A stretch of DNA of 64,000 nucleotides from an uncultured delta proteobacterium (GCA_963798485.1 CAWCTR010000004.1:96001-160000), one strand, 5' to 3'; positions 51,240 through 59,678 are shown, numbered from the stretch's first letter. A program made the numbers and translations. The notes: generated by a model from the letters alone, not told the origin.

Positions 51240-52829
51240 ATGGCTCGAAGCATACGTTACCTTACATTTGAAGGTCAGTTTGAAAGCAGCGTACTTGGCA
51301 CGTTCCGCATCATCCGTGGCTTTGCCAATCTCAAAGACCTTGCAGAAGTCTCCGTGCCTTACGAGATGGAAGACAGTGATGGTTGTGATCAAGTCAAAGG
51401 TCAACAACGAAAGCTTGACCCTCAACATGCCGAGCGAATCAAACGATACCTGGAGAGCGGTGAACAGCGCTTCTTGCCTGAGGTAATCCTCTCCGTTCGT
51501 GCCGACTTGACAGAAACCTCGGATGAAAATTTCAAATTGATAGGAGTTGAGAGCAAAGGTACAGAAGATGGCATCACAATTAACCGACGATGGAAAAGTC
51601 ACAATATCCGCGTTCATCGTATGTCGGTTGATCGTAAGAAGCTCTCCGAGATTCGGAGCAAAAAACTCATTCGTCGTGTGGATGGAAACCACCGCCTTGC
51701 ACTTGCCGAAACGCTAAAAGACGATCCGAGCATCCCCACGAAATATCTGGCTCCGTTTTGCCTTGTTCTCTTAGGCCCAACTGGGGAAGCTGCGGATGAC
51801 TATTCCGAGTCGCTGATTTTCCATACCATAAATAGTACCGCACTTCCTCTGGAATCTGAGCATGCACTGAAACTTATTCTTGGACAACACGCAGATTACG
51901 ATATGACGCCGGGAAAAGAATTTGCCTTCAGCCCTGACCTACATTTTACACGTCTTCTTAGAGATGGCCTTTTAAGGCTGCCGGAGCCAGCGCAATCACG
52001 GCTCGGGAATCATCCTTTGACATGCTTGCGCAACGCAGTACGTGGTCTGTTGGAGATGGATAAAAATGTAGCCAAAGATCTCCCCTCACTTCGCGAGTAT
52101 TCGAAGACATTACTTGCAGCCTTGAATGACATTGTGACACGTTTGGAACCTATTCGACCTTCGCTTTGTCAGGCAGACTTTTTTATCGAATTGGCGGCCC
52201 GTGTCTGGAAAGGAACACCGGACAGTGATAAACATTCTAAACGCGTAAATACAACTGTTGCCTACCTGGAACAGTTGGCCGGTTGGCTGGGGCAGGATGG
52301 ATTGGTAGAATTGAATGAAAACCAGTCACTTAGCAAACAGCTGCTTGATATATTCAACGCAGTTAGGATGCGGATTCCTAGAAGGGTTTTCCTCGCTCGT
52401 TGGTATCCCACGGCAAGCGACGGTGAGGAATTCGAGAAGGCTAAACTACGTCTCACGCAGATTCGACAGGCTCTCAAAGAACTAGAGAAGGAGATGGGAG
52501 CTCAGCTCGAACTCGTAGACCTGGGGACGCAAACCGGCACTACTTTTCCAATTCACACCAAGATGTACAATGCTATTGCATCAGCTGACATCATCCTCGT
52601 GGACCTGACCGGGGTACGCCCAAACGTATGCGTGGAAGCTGGTTTCGCACTGCGAAATCACGAAAAGAATCGGCTCATTTTCATCTTTCAGCCAACAAAA
52701 AAATATAAAACTGTTCCCTTCGATTTGAATACATACCGATATGAGTCTTTCAAGGATACGGGAGAAATCCCTGAAAAGATAAAGCCCCATATCACCGCAA
52801 TTCTTAGCAACGCAGCAATAGGTTCTTGA
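51240..52829 (+). CDS. DGQHR/DndB(ParB)-like domain fused to a C-terminal TIR/nucleoside-deoxyribosyltransferase-like domain
   Basis: QRKLD..H...I..YL, FLPEVIL, RVDGNHR, IFHTIN; C-terminal VFLA, IASADIILVDLTGVRPNVCVEAGFA, VPFDL. Confidence 0.75.
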   Translation: MARSIRYLTFEGQFESSVLGTFRIIRGFANLKDLAEVSVPYEMEDSDGCDQVKGQQRKLDPQHAERIKRYLESGEQRFLPEVILSVRADLTETSDENFKLIGVESKGTEDGITINRRWKSHNIRVHRMSVDRKKLSEIRSKKLIRRVDGNHRLALAETLKDDPSIPTKYLAPFCLVLLGPTGEAADDYSESLIFHTINSTALPLESEHALKLILGQHADYDMTPGKEFAFSPDLHFTRLLRDGLLRLPEPAQSRLGNHPLTCLRNAVRGLLEMDKNVAKDLPSLREYSKTLLAALNDIVTRLEPIRPSLCQADFFIELAARVWKGTPDSDKHSKRVNTTVAYLEQLAGWLGQDGLVELNENQSLSKQLLDIFNAVRMRIPRRVFLARWYPTASDGEEFEKAKLRLTQIRQALKELEKEMGAQLELVDLGTQTGTTFPIHTKMYNAIASADIILVDLTGVRPNVCVEAGFALRNHEKNRLIFIFQPTKKYKTVPFDLNTYRYESFKDTGEIPEKIKPHITAILSNAAIGS

Positions 52830-52860
52830 TTATTGAGAAAACTATTTAGGATAATCGGAT

Positions 52861-52927
52861 AATCAGGGTCAGAGTCGATTTAACAGCTTATTTATGTTTA
52901 TGCAGACCCCTCTTGATATTCGACTAA
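52861..52927 (+). repeat. ~60-bp direct repeat, copy 1 (copy 2 at 55851-55910)
   Basis: AATCAG(G/T)GTCAGAGTCGATTTAACA..TTATTTA...GCAGACCCCTCT.GATATTCG.CTAA. Confidence 0.85.
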
Positions 52928-53443
52928 CATTCGGGCTACATCTGCAGCTGCATCTCGTGCCTGTTCAATTGGGATATGTGGCTTGATCTCATTTACGCGC
53001 ACAGCACACTGTTCGGTATTCCGAATCGCTTCTTCCTTGCATACATACAAAGCAGTGGATAGGCGCTCCAATGCCACGACGCCCTTCGCACCGAGGTTTT
53101 CCACAATAAATGCCATGTCGGGATCATACTGCTGAACAGCCCCAAGGTATTGCTGATAAAAACGAATCCCTGCCTCGGAAACGGATAAGTTCGGGCCATA
53201 GGGGTAAGGGTTTATCTCAATGGTGAGATAGCCGTCCGCCCTCATTTCTGTGAGTTCATCCCGTAATTCGAATGAGAAGGGGCCGTGTTTGTATAAGACA
53301 AATTCATAATCCACGGGTGTATTGGTTATTTCCTTGAGAGAAAACATAGCCTTCTGGATATGAGTTTCTCCGCACCAACTGCCTTTATTACGAAGAGACT
53401 TGACCAGATCAAGCAAAATGGCTCTGCGGACAGACTGATCCAT
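52898..53443 (-). CDS. YwgA/SocA(Panacea)-like winged-helix protein
   Basis: GETHIQKAMF, YEFVLYKHGPFSFEL, LERLST; ATG 53443 four nt after the HD gene stop, GGAGG RBS. Confidence 0.7.
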   Translation of the reverse strand: MDQSVRRAILLDLVKSLRNKGSWCGETHIQKAMFSLKEITNTPVDYEFVLYKHGPFSFELRDELTEMRADGYLTIEINPYPYGPNLSVSEAGIRFYQQYLGAVQQYDPDMAFIVENLGAKGVVALERLSTALYVCKEEAIRNTEQCAVRVNEIKPHIPIEQARDAAADVARMLVEYQEGSA

Positions 53444-53447
53444 CTTT

Positions 53448-54785
53448 CTACCCTCCCCCTGATTCAATAATACCACTTCTTTCGCTTTCAAGCCACTGCT
53501 TTGCTTCATACTCCAACTCTCTCTTGATGAAGATGTATTCGGTTTTCACCACAGGGATCTGATTGAGAGTTTGTGATAGAGAGCTGGATGATTCAATTCT
53601 CCCATCTTTCATGAATACCGGGAAATCAATAGATTCACCCTTCTGGGATGGGCTGTCGAACCTGATATTCTCAGGACCATATTTTCTATACGCTGCATCT
53701 TTTATCAATGTTGCCGCCTGTTGGTTCTTTTGAAAGTCGGTTGGATTCCGTTCATACAACCTCTTGTAGTGCTGTCTCTTGATAATCCGTGCAGCATGAA
53801 CTGACCCTGGCATGCCTTCGTCAAAAGCAGCTTTCCTGAGCTCAACTAAAATTTCATGATCAGTGGAGGATAAGTGGCGATCAGGTTCCGTAGGGAATTT
53901 GCCACCAGTAAGCATATCCACAAGATAATCTTTCAGGTGGATATCATAAATCCTTCGGACAGGGTGAAAATATACCTGTGAATACATGAAGTATCTTGCC
54001 AGCAGAAGGGCTTCTGCGGATTGGAGTCCGCCTGCTTCAACCCCAAGAGTAGGTTCTTTTGACTTTTCCTGTTCTCCACCTGAAGGTGGCGGTGTAAGTA
54101 TGCGCATCGTATCTATCAACCGATAATGATCAAATCTGCCGTAAGCAACACCTATGTGATATGAGTCCCTCAACAAATAATCCATCCGATCAACACCGAA
54201 TGCATCACCTACAATGATCTCAGAAAGAATAGTCTCCCAGTCATCAAATGTAAGGTCAGGGGCCTTCTGTTTTCCAATGGCCAGTTTGACGATATCTTCG
54301 GCCCTCAATGGTGGGGTCATCCGTTGCCAGATCTCCTTCAGCTCATCATTCATAATGAGCTCTCGGGTTAATTTCTCATGATCCCAATTCTCAGGAAGCA
54401 ACTCCTTCTCTGCTGCATGGGAAAACGGCAGGTGTCCTATGTCGTGACATAATCCAGCCATTCGAAGTGCTTTCCTCCAGTATGCGCGTACCTCGTCCTT
54501 ATTTAATTGAGGAAAAAGATCCCTTACTTCGGGCAAGAGATGATTCGGATGGGTAACAATATCAAATACCCTTCCGGCAAGTTCCATGACCCCCAGCGAG
54601 TGTTCGAATCTCTTATGAGAAGCGCCTGGATACACAAGATATGTGAGCGCTAACTGATGAATGCATCGTAATCGTTGAAATGGTCTTGAATCAAGGACAT
54701 CCCTTTCTTGATCATCTAACTTGATGAAGGTGTGGATGGGATCCCTGATTTCATGGAAGATCTTTCTCAAATCCTCCTCCATCAT
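53448..54785 (-). CDS. HD-domain dNTP triphosphohydrolase-like protein (SAMHD1/YwfO family)
   Basis: RDPIH, FQRLRCIHQL, RFEHSLG, HDIGHLPFSH, DRMDYLLRD, RYFMYSQVYFH. Confidence 0.9.
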   Translation of the reverse strand: MMEEDLRKIFHEIRDPIHTFIKLDDQERDVLDSRPFQRLRCIHQLALTYLVYPGASHKRFEHSLGVMELAGRVFDIVTHPNHLLPEVRDLFPQLNKDEVRAYWRKALRMAGLCHDIGHLPFSHAAEKELLPENWDHEKLTRELIMNDELKEIWQRMTPPLRAEDIVKLAIGKQKAPDLTFDDWETILSEIIVGDAFGVDRMDYLLRDSYHIGVAYGRFDHYRLIDTMRILTPPPSGGEQEKSKEPTLGVEAGGLQSAEALLLARYFMYSQVYFHPVRRIYDIHLKDYLVDMLTGGKFPTEPDRHLSSTDHEILVELRKAAFDEGMPGSVHAARIIKRQHYKRLYERNPTDFQKNQQAATLIKDAAYRKYGPENIRFDSPSQKGESIDFPVFMKDGRIESSSSLSQTLNQIPVVKTEYIFIKRELEYEAKQWLESERSGIIESGGG

Positions 54786-55024
54786 TTCATCATAATGGTC
54801 ATGGAGTCATTGCAAAGATGATATGACGGAATATAAATCACAGTATTTAAAACACATCAAGTGGTATTCTCCATACAGATTCTGCCCAGAACCATATCAC
54901 CATCTTGATGAAAAATCTTGATGAAAAATTCTTGACTTTTCTAGTGCAGATTACTAACAACTCGATACTGTAATATTTAGCGTCAGTCATAGTGTGATGT
55001 TTTCGATACAATTTGGAGGGGAGT

Positions 55025-55201
55025 ATGAGCAGGAAAAGTAGTGTACTAAGTGTTAATAAAGACAATTTAAAAGCCCTTAAAACGGCGTCTGCCCAGAGAC
55101 GTATCAAAGAAAACAGAGAGCGATCTCAAATCATCCAGGACCAGATTCGTGAAGACCTCCGTGTATCACCCGACAAACTAGAATACTACTTCAATATCTG
55201 A
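55025..55201 (+). CDS. small hypothetical protein (58 aa)
   Basis: Strong GGAGGGGAG RBS before ATG; basic helical sequence. Confidence 0.45.
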   Translation: MSRKSSVLSVNKDNLKALKTASAQRRIKENRERSQIIQDQIREDLRVSPDKLEYYFNI

Positions 55202-55392
55202 TTCGAGCATCACATCGATGCCATCCCTTGAAGTTGTTCCATATAGTATTGATGAACTCCGGAGAATCCTCCAATGAAATTTCTCTAGACGCCAAATTGC
55301 TCGGCAGAAAAGGGGGGGCAATTTTCTGAATACCAGGACCTGACAATATTACTGCTTGATCTAAAAATAGAACAAACCCTTTTCCCTGTCAT

Positions 55393-55626
55393 TTATTCGG
55401 TTTCAATAATAACGCCGCATTGCTCACATTGATAGCGGGTCTTTTCTTGATCGATCGCCTGGACTTCCTCAAAGTCATATTGCTTTTTGCCGTGTACCTC
55501 AAAACATTCCGGGCAATACCCATCCGATAGCTCATCGGCGGTGATGGTCAGATGGCAGTTCCGGCAGCGCAGCCTGCTTTTCTGCTGCGGCAGGAGGACC
55601 AGGTGGAGATGTCTGCATGATGTCAT
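55393..55626 (-). CDS. small multi-CxxC zinc-ribbon protein
   Basis: CRH, CRNC, CPEC, CEQC in 77 aa. Confidence 0.65.
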   Translation of the reverse strand: MTSCRHLHLVLLPQQKSRLRCRNCHLTITADELSDGYCPECFEVHGKKQYDFEEVQAIDQEKTRYQCEQCGVIIETE

Positions 55627-55671
55627 ACGACAAGCCTTTAAAGAATTTATCGCAGTGAATCAAGAAAAGAA

Positions 55672-55843
55672 GAAAAGGGGGCGTTTCTCATTTTCATCCT
55701 TACAGGGGTATAATGTGAACCTGCCCGGCCCTTTCCCGTAAGGGGTGAGGGGCATAAGTGTGCCCCACCGAGCCCCTCAGCCATGAGATGCAGAGTATTT
55801 AAACCCATCCCCACCCTGTCCCTCCCCTTGAAGGGGAAGGGAC
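55672..55843 (-). repeat. inverted composite end: 50-bp element copy 5 (55672-55721) plus PIT-like core (55804-55843)
   Basis: rc GGTTCACATTATACCCCTGTAAGGATGAAAATGAGAAACGCCCCCTTTTC; rc CCCTTCCCCTTCAAGGGGAGGGACAGGGTGGGGATGGG. Confidence 0.85.
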
Positions 55844-56063
55844 TTTAAGTAATCAGTGTCAGAGTCGATTTAACATTTTATTTAGGCAGACCCCTCTGAT
55901 ATTCGGCTAATTCTCATTCAAGTCGGACTAGGTTAAGTATATGATATGCCCTTGTTAGATTTTATAAGCAGGTGTTTTCAAGCCTTGGATCCTCTTTTTT
56001 AGCATCGAATGGGTATTATAAATAAGGAAGAGTAGGTTCTATCATCCATAAAAGGAGTTCATC

Positions 56064-56570
56064 ATGAAAAAATGTGATCCCCCGGCCATTTCCGAAGAGG
56101 TGACAACCCGGATTAAAAAAGGCGCTTTCCTGACCGTCAAGGCCGGAGACTCTATGAACACCATGACCATCGGCTGGGGCCTGATTGGATTCATCTGGCA
56201 GCGGAGCGTCTTCATGGTGGCCGTGCGCGACTCGCGTCATACCTTTTCCATCATGGAAAAGGCTTCTGATTTCACTGTCACCGTGCCGACGGGGGACATG
56301 AAAGACGCCCTCATGTTCTGCGGCTCCAAATCCGGACGGGATCTGGACAAGTTCAAGGCCTGTAATCTGATTCCTGTAGCGGCGCGGCACACGGTATCCC
56401 CGATTCTCCAGGTGCCAGGTATCCACCTCGAATGCCGGATCTGTTTCAAAGCGCCCATGGACCCCGTTTATCTCGATGGGGCACTTGAAGATCTTTATCC
56501 GGCAAAGGACTACCATACCCTCTATTTTGGTGAGATCGTGGCCTGTTACGAAACTGATGCACCACTGTAA
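56064..56570 (+). CDS. flavin reductase-like (flavoredoxin) protein
   Basis: NTMTIGWG, VRDSRHT, CGSKSGRDLDK, DYHTLYFGEI. Confidence 0.9.
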   Translation: MKKCDPPAISEEVTTRIKKGAFLTVKAGDSMNTMTIGWGLIGFIWQRSVFMVAVRDSRHTFSIMEKASDFTVTVPTGDMKDALMFCGSKSGRDLDKFKACNLIPVAARHTVSPILQVPGIHLECRICFKAPMDPVYLDGALEDLYPAKDYHTLYFGEIVACYETDAPL

Positions 56571-56762
56571 GCGGTGGAATGGGAACTCACCATGAATTTA
56601 GGTGACCTTCGAAAAACGAGTGATTAGGCCTTGGTTTTTGCTTATTGGGCTATGGTATATAAAGGGGATGTGGGGATGTGGAGATGTGGAGGGTCTTGCA
56701 TTATTAGACAATATAGCAAAGCTTAAGAAGCACGTTGCGAAATTGCTCTTTACATCACCGAA

Positions 56763-57629
56763 TCATGACTCATACGGGCGTGTCCCCTTGCACTTGGGGT
56801 ACGTGGAACAGCCGTAAAATTTGTTGCCGGGTGTCGGGCCTTTCTTTGCTATGCGCAGTACCATCTTACTGCCACACAAGGGGCACAGAGGGGGCACGGG
56901 GTTTTCGCTGCGGACAGGTGTCTTCATGACTGCCGGTTTATTTTTAGGGAATAGTAATACCTTGTTTTTGATTTCACCGATCATTGCATGTAGTTCTTTG
57001 CCGTTCACGAGTTCGATGGGGTTGCCCCTGGCAAAATCGAGAGCCTCCTGGGTAAAGGTGCCGGAGGTGATGACGATCCCTCCCGATGCCTTCTTGTCGT
57101 AGACCACTCCAAGCAGTTCCCTGACTATGATTACGCCCACGCTCTCCATCTTCCAGTGCTTGCACTGGACAAAGATGGTTTCGCCGTTTTTGTTCAGCAC
57201 AAGGTCCACCCCGCCATCGGCCCCACCGCCACCGGTCTCGGTGATGGTGTAGCCCTTTCTTCTGTATGCCTCGCCCACGAGCCGCTCGAAATCCTGCCAG
57301 CTCAGTGATCGGAGTGTTTCCCTATTCTTCTGGTTATTGAAGAGAGCGATCCTCTTCTTGCTCCTGAATAAATAATTCAAGAAGGAAAGGGCGGCCATGG
57401 AGAGGAAAAAGAGCAAGGCCGAGTTGGCCAGGTATGGGCTTACCTGTGCCAGGCTGTTGAGGAAAAGATTGGGTGGAATGCCATTGGAACCTGGTGCTGC
57501 ATGTTGATTACCCCATATTGCCGGAATCGCAAACTTCAATAATCCATAACTGAAAATAGCAAGGATGACGCTGACCCACCACGAAGCATCGATCAGGTCA
57601 TCAGCCAATGAGGTGTTTCTTCGAGCCAT
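56763..57629 (-). CDS. membrane-anchored Mrr-family restriction endonuclease with C-terminal topoisomerase-type C4 zinc finger
   Basis: Two N-terminal TM helices; LSWQDFE, GADGGVDL, VQCKHW, TSGTFT..A, IELVNG; CPLCG...FYGCSTYPKC. Confidence 0.88.
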   Translation of the reverse strand: MARRNTSLADDLIDASWWVSVILAIFSYGLLKFAIPAIWGNQHAAPGSNGIPPNLFLNSLAQVSPYLANSALLFFLSMAALSFLNYLFRSKKRIALFNNQKNRETLRSLSWQDFERLVGEAYRRKGYTITETGGGGADGGVDLVLNKNGETIFVQCKHWKMESVGVIIVRELLGVVYDKKASGGIVITSGTFTQEALDFARGNPIELVNGKELHAMIGEIKNKVLLFPKNKPAVMKTPVRSENPVPPLCPLCGSKMVLRIAKKGPTPGNKFYGCSTYPKCKGTRPYES

Positions 57630-57928
57630 GTTCGAATCCTTTCCTTTTCCTCTTAACTACAATAACTATATCGAATTATTTTATGATTTTAGTTAAGCCA
57701 AGTGATACTCCAGCAAAAGAGGTCGCAAAAATGAATGCATATCTCATCTGTTATTTCTTTATGCCATTTCATGCCCCTTAACACACGTTTCATTCAATCC
57801 CTTTGAACATTTCATTGAATGAATCATGGTTTTTCAAGAGTTGTTAACTGCCATCTATGAGCTGCAATTCAGTTAATAATAAATATTAACAATACACTAT
57901 GCGATTATTTTCGATCATTCCGTAAAGT

Positions 57929-57943
57929 TGGCACAATGTATGC
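57929..57943 (+). promoter_or_regulatory. sigma54 (-24/-12) promoter
   Basis: TGGCACAATGTATGC (GG-N10-GC) 43 nt before ATG 57986; AT-rich upstream region. Confidence 0.65.
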
Positions 57944-57985
57944 CTTATAGAGGGCATCAAGTAAACATGAAGGAGGGCAATTAAA

Positions 57986-58261
57986 ATGAAAAGGACAATC
58001 CAGACAATAATCGTAGCAATGTTCGTGGTAATGATCACCGGTACGTTTGCCTTTGCAGCCGCAGCAACCTCAGGCGGAAACAGCTTCCCCTATTTCCACC
58101 TTGGCTGCCTGATCATGGGCGGGCTTACCATCATCTCTGTGAAGTATCGTTATGAGAGGATGTATCTCAGCGAGGCAGTGGGATCTTTCGCACTCTATGC
58201 AGTGCTGGTTGCCCTGTTCACCGCACCGGTCATCGAGGCAGTAAAAGGCCTGGTGAGCTGA
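57986..58261 (+). CDS. small membrane protein (signal/TM + two TM)
   Basis: AAGGAGG RBS; three hydrophobic segments. Confidence 0.75.
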   Translation: MKRTIQTIIVAMFVVMITGTFAFAAAATSGGNSFPYFHLGCLIMGGLTIISVKYRYERMYLSEAVGSFALYAVLVALFTAPVIEAVKGLVS

Positions 58262-58333
58262 GAAGATTATAAACAAACACCGACCCGCCCTCGAGACCTG
58301 GGGGCGGGGATAGCCTAAAAAGGAGGAGAGGCC

Positions 58334-58597
58334 ATGAAAAGGGTAAGAAGAAACAAACTCCAGACCAAGACCTTGAATCAGATCATCCTGCTGAGTGCAT
58401 GGAGCTTCACCCTGGTCATCTCCTCATTCCTGTTCCTGTTCGCCGGCCGGTGGATCGATGTGAAGTTCAATACGGAACCAACCTTCATGCTTGGACTGTT
58501 CGTGTTGGGCATCGGGTTATGCATTGGCCGGATGTACACGGACTACACAAAGGCCAAAGATGCGTTGAACAACCGAAGGATCAGGTACCAGTCTTAG
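58334..58597 (+). CDS. AtpZ/AtpI (ATPase gene 1)-like protein
   Basis: Two TM helices with GRWIDVKFNTEP.FMLG (G.xxD..F.T.P.F) loop motif; AGGAGG RBS. Confidence 0.8.
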   Translation: MKRVRRNKLQTKTLNQIILLSAWSFTLVISSFLFLFAGRWIDVKFNTEPTFMLGLFVLGIGLCIGRMYTDYTKAKDALNNRRIRYQS

Positions 58598-58643
58598 TCG
58601 ATACTCAAGAAGGCCGGGTAACTTTCCGGCTCCCTGCATCACG

Positions 58644-58680
58644 AAAGCGGGCCGCCCTCTTCGGCGGCCCGTTGCTTTTC
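58644..58680. terminator. intrinsic terminator between convergent operons
   Basis: CGGGCCGCC-CTCTTC-GGCGGCCCG hairpin flanked by AAAG and TTGCTTTTC. Confidence 0.7.
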
Positions 58681-58793
58681 AGCGAAAGAATCATTGAATA
58701 AAAAAACACGACCCTTTTGGGAGTCTCGTGGTGTGTGATATGGATCGTTTCTGGGGAGGAAGAACGCTGTAGAGAATTAGGTGTCCCGGTTGA

Positions 58794-58898
58794 TTATCGG
58801 CTATGCACTGTCCCGGGAGCGTGTCCTGCGCGTTTCATGAACCTTACCGTCAGGGCCAGGAATGCTGTGAAGCCGATGGTGACAAAGATGATTGTCAT
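58794..58898 (-). CDS. 34-aa single-TM microprotein (below ORF-track cutoff)
   Basis: MTIIFVTIGFTAFLALTVRFMKRAGHAPGTVHSR; ATG two nt after the upstream AtpZ-like stop. Confidence 0.5.
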   Translation of the reverse strand: MTIIFVTIGFTAFLALTVRFMKRAGHAPGTVHSR

Positions 58899-58900
58899 GG

Positions 58901-59143
58901 CTAAGCCCTCTTTACCCTTCTCTCGATCACGACCTCTTCGATGAACCCCTTGAAGCCCAGTGCAATACCGGCCACCAGGCCGACCAGCGTGAAGTTTGGG
59001 GCCATGTTCAATGTCTTATCGAGGTACATACCGCCATACATCCCGAGGAAGGTCATCGCAACAAGCACTACGCTGTAGCCGCTGATCCGGCAGAGCCTGT
59101 TGGCCAGTGCCTTTTCGATCTTTTCTTTCTTCATCCGTTTCAT
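58901..59143 (-). CDS. AtpZ/AtpI (ATPase gene 1)-like protein
   Basis: GMYLDKTLNMAPNFTLVGLVAG motif between two TM helices; AAGGAGG RBS. Confidence 0.8.
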   Translation of the reverse strand: MKRMKKEKIEKALANRLCRISGYSVVLVAMTFLGMYGGMYLDKTLNMAPNFTLVGLVAGIALGFKGFIEEVVIERRVKRA

Positions 59144-59183
59144 GGCCTTCCTCCTTATCCGCCTTTGCTGTTTAAGTCCTACC

Positions 59184-59360
59184 TTAGAACAGGCTCATGA
59201 GGATCTCACGTGCCGGTCCGGTGTTGATGGTGACTAGTGTCACGACCAAGACGAATACTGCGCTTGCTTCAGCCGGGGTGAGTCCCAATACCTTGTAGGT
59301 GAACCTGATGCCGGTGCCGGTCATGAACAGTGCGCCGATTACGATCCATAATGTCATCAT
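59184..59360 (-). CDS. small two-TM membrane protein (58 aa)
   Basis: MMTLWIVIGALFMTGTGIRFTYKVLGLTPAEASAVFVLVV...; AAGGAGG RBS before ATG 59360. Confidence 0.7.
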   Translation of the reverse strand: MMTLWIVIGALFMTGTGIRFTYKVLGLTPAEASAVFVLVVTLVTINTGPAREILMSLF

Positions 59361-59409
59361 TGTCTTGCCCTCCTTCGGGGTTTGTTTTTTTCTTTCTGTC
59401 TTATATAAG

Positions 59410-59424
59410 GCAAGGGGCGTGCCA
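59410..59424 (-). promoter_or_regulatory. sigma54 (-24/-12) promoter
   Basis: Minus strand TGGCACGCCCCTTGC, exact TGGCACG-N4-TTGC consensus, 50 nt before ATG 59360. Confidence 0.8.
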
Positions 59425-59628
59425 GGGACTGTAGATTTATAACTCACTGATAACAGGGAATAATAAGAAGCGCAGTCTTTATGATATTGCCATTTTGGCA
59501 GAAAGGCCTTCAGCCAGGACATGGGCAGGTACAAAATGACAAAATAACCTAAGCAGACATTACCGGAAGTGTCAGAATGACAAAGTCGGTGTTCACACTC
59601 ATGATCCATGCGCGAAGGGATTCTCTAA

Positions 59629-59669
59629 TAAAAATAAAAAAAGGGCCACGATTCTCATCGTAACCCTTT
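59629..59669 (-). terminator. intrinsic terminator downstream of the tRNA 3' end
   Basis: Minus strand AAAGGGTTACGAT-GAGA-ATCGTGGCCCTTT followed by a T-run. Confidence 0.7.
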
Positions 59670-59678
59670 AATGATATT

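Noticed and set aside
51240-52829. Dnd phosphorothioation system
   Set aside because: Only a DGQHR-like domain is present; no dndA/C/D/E or ssp genes in the window.
44300-57700. Integron with attC cassettes
   Set aside because: No IntI-type integrase adjacent, genes are in mixed orientation, and I could not find RYYYAAC...GTTRRRY bounded hairpins.
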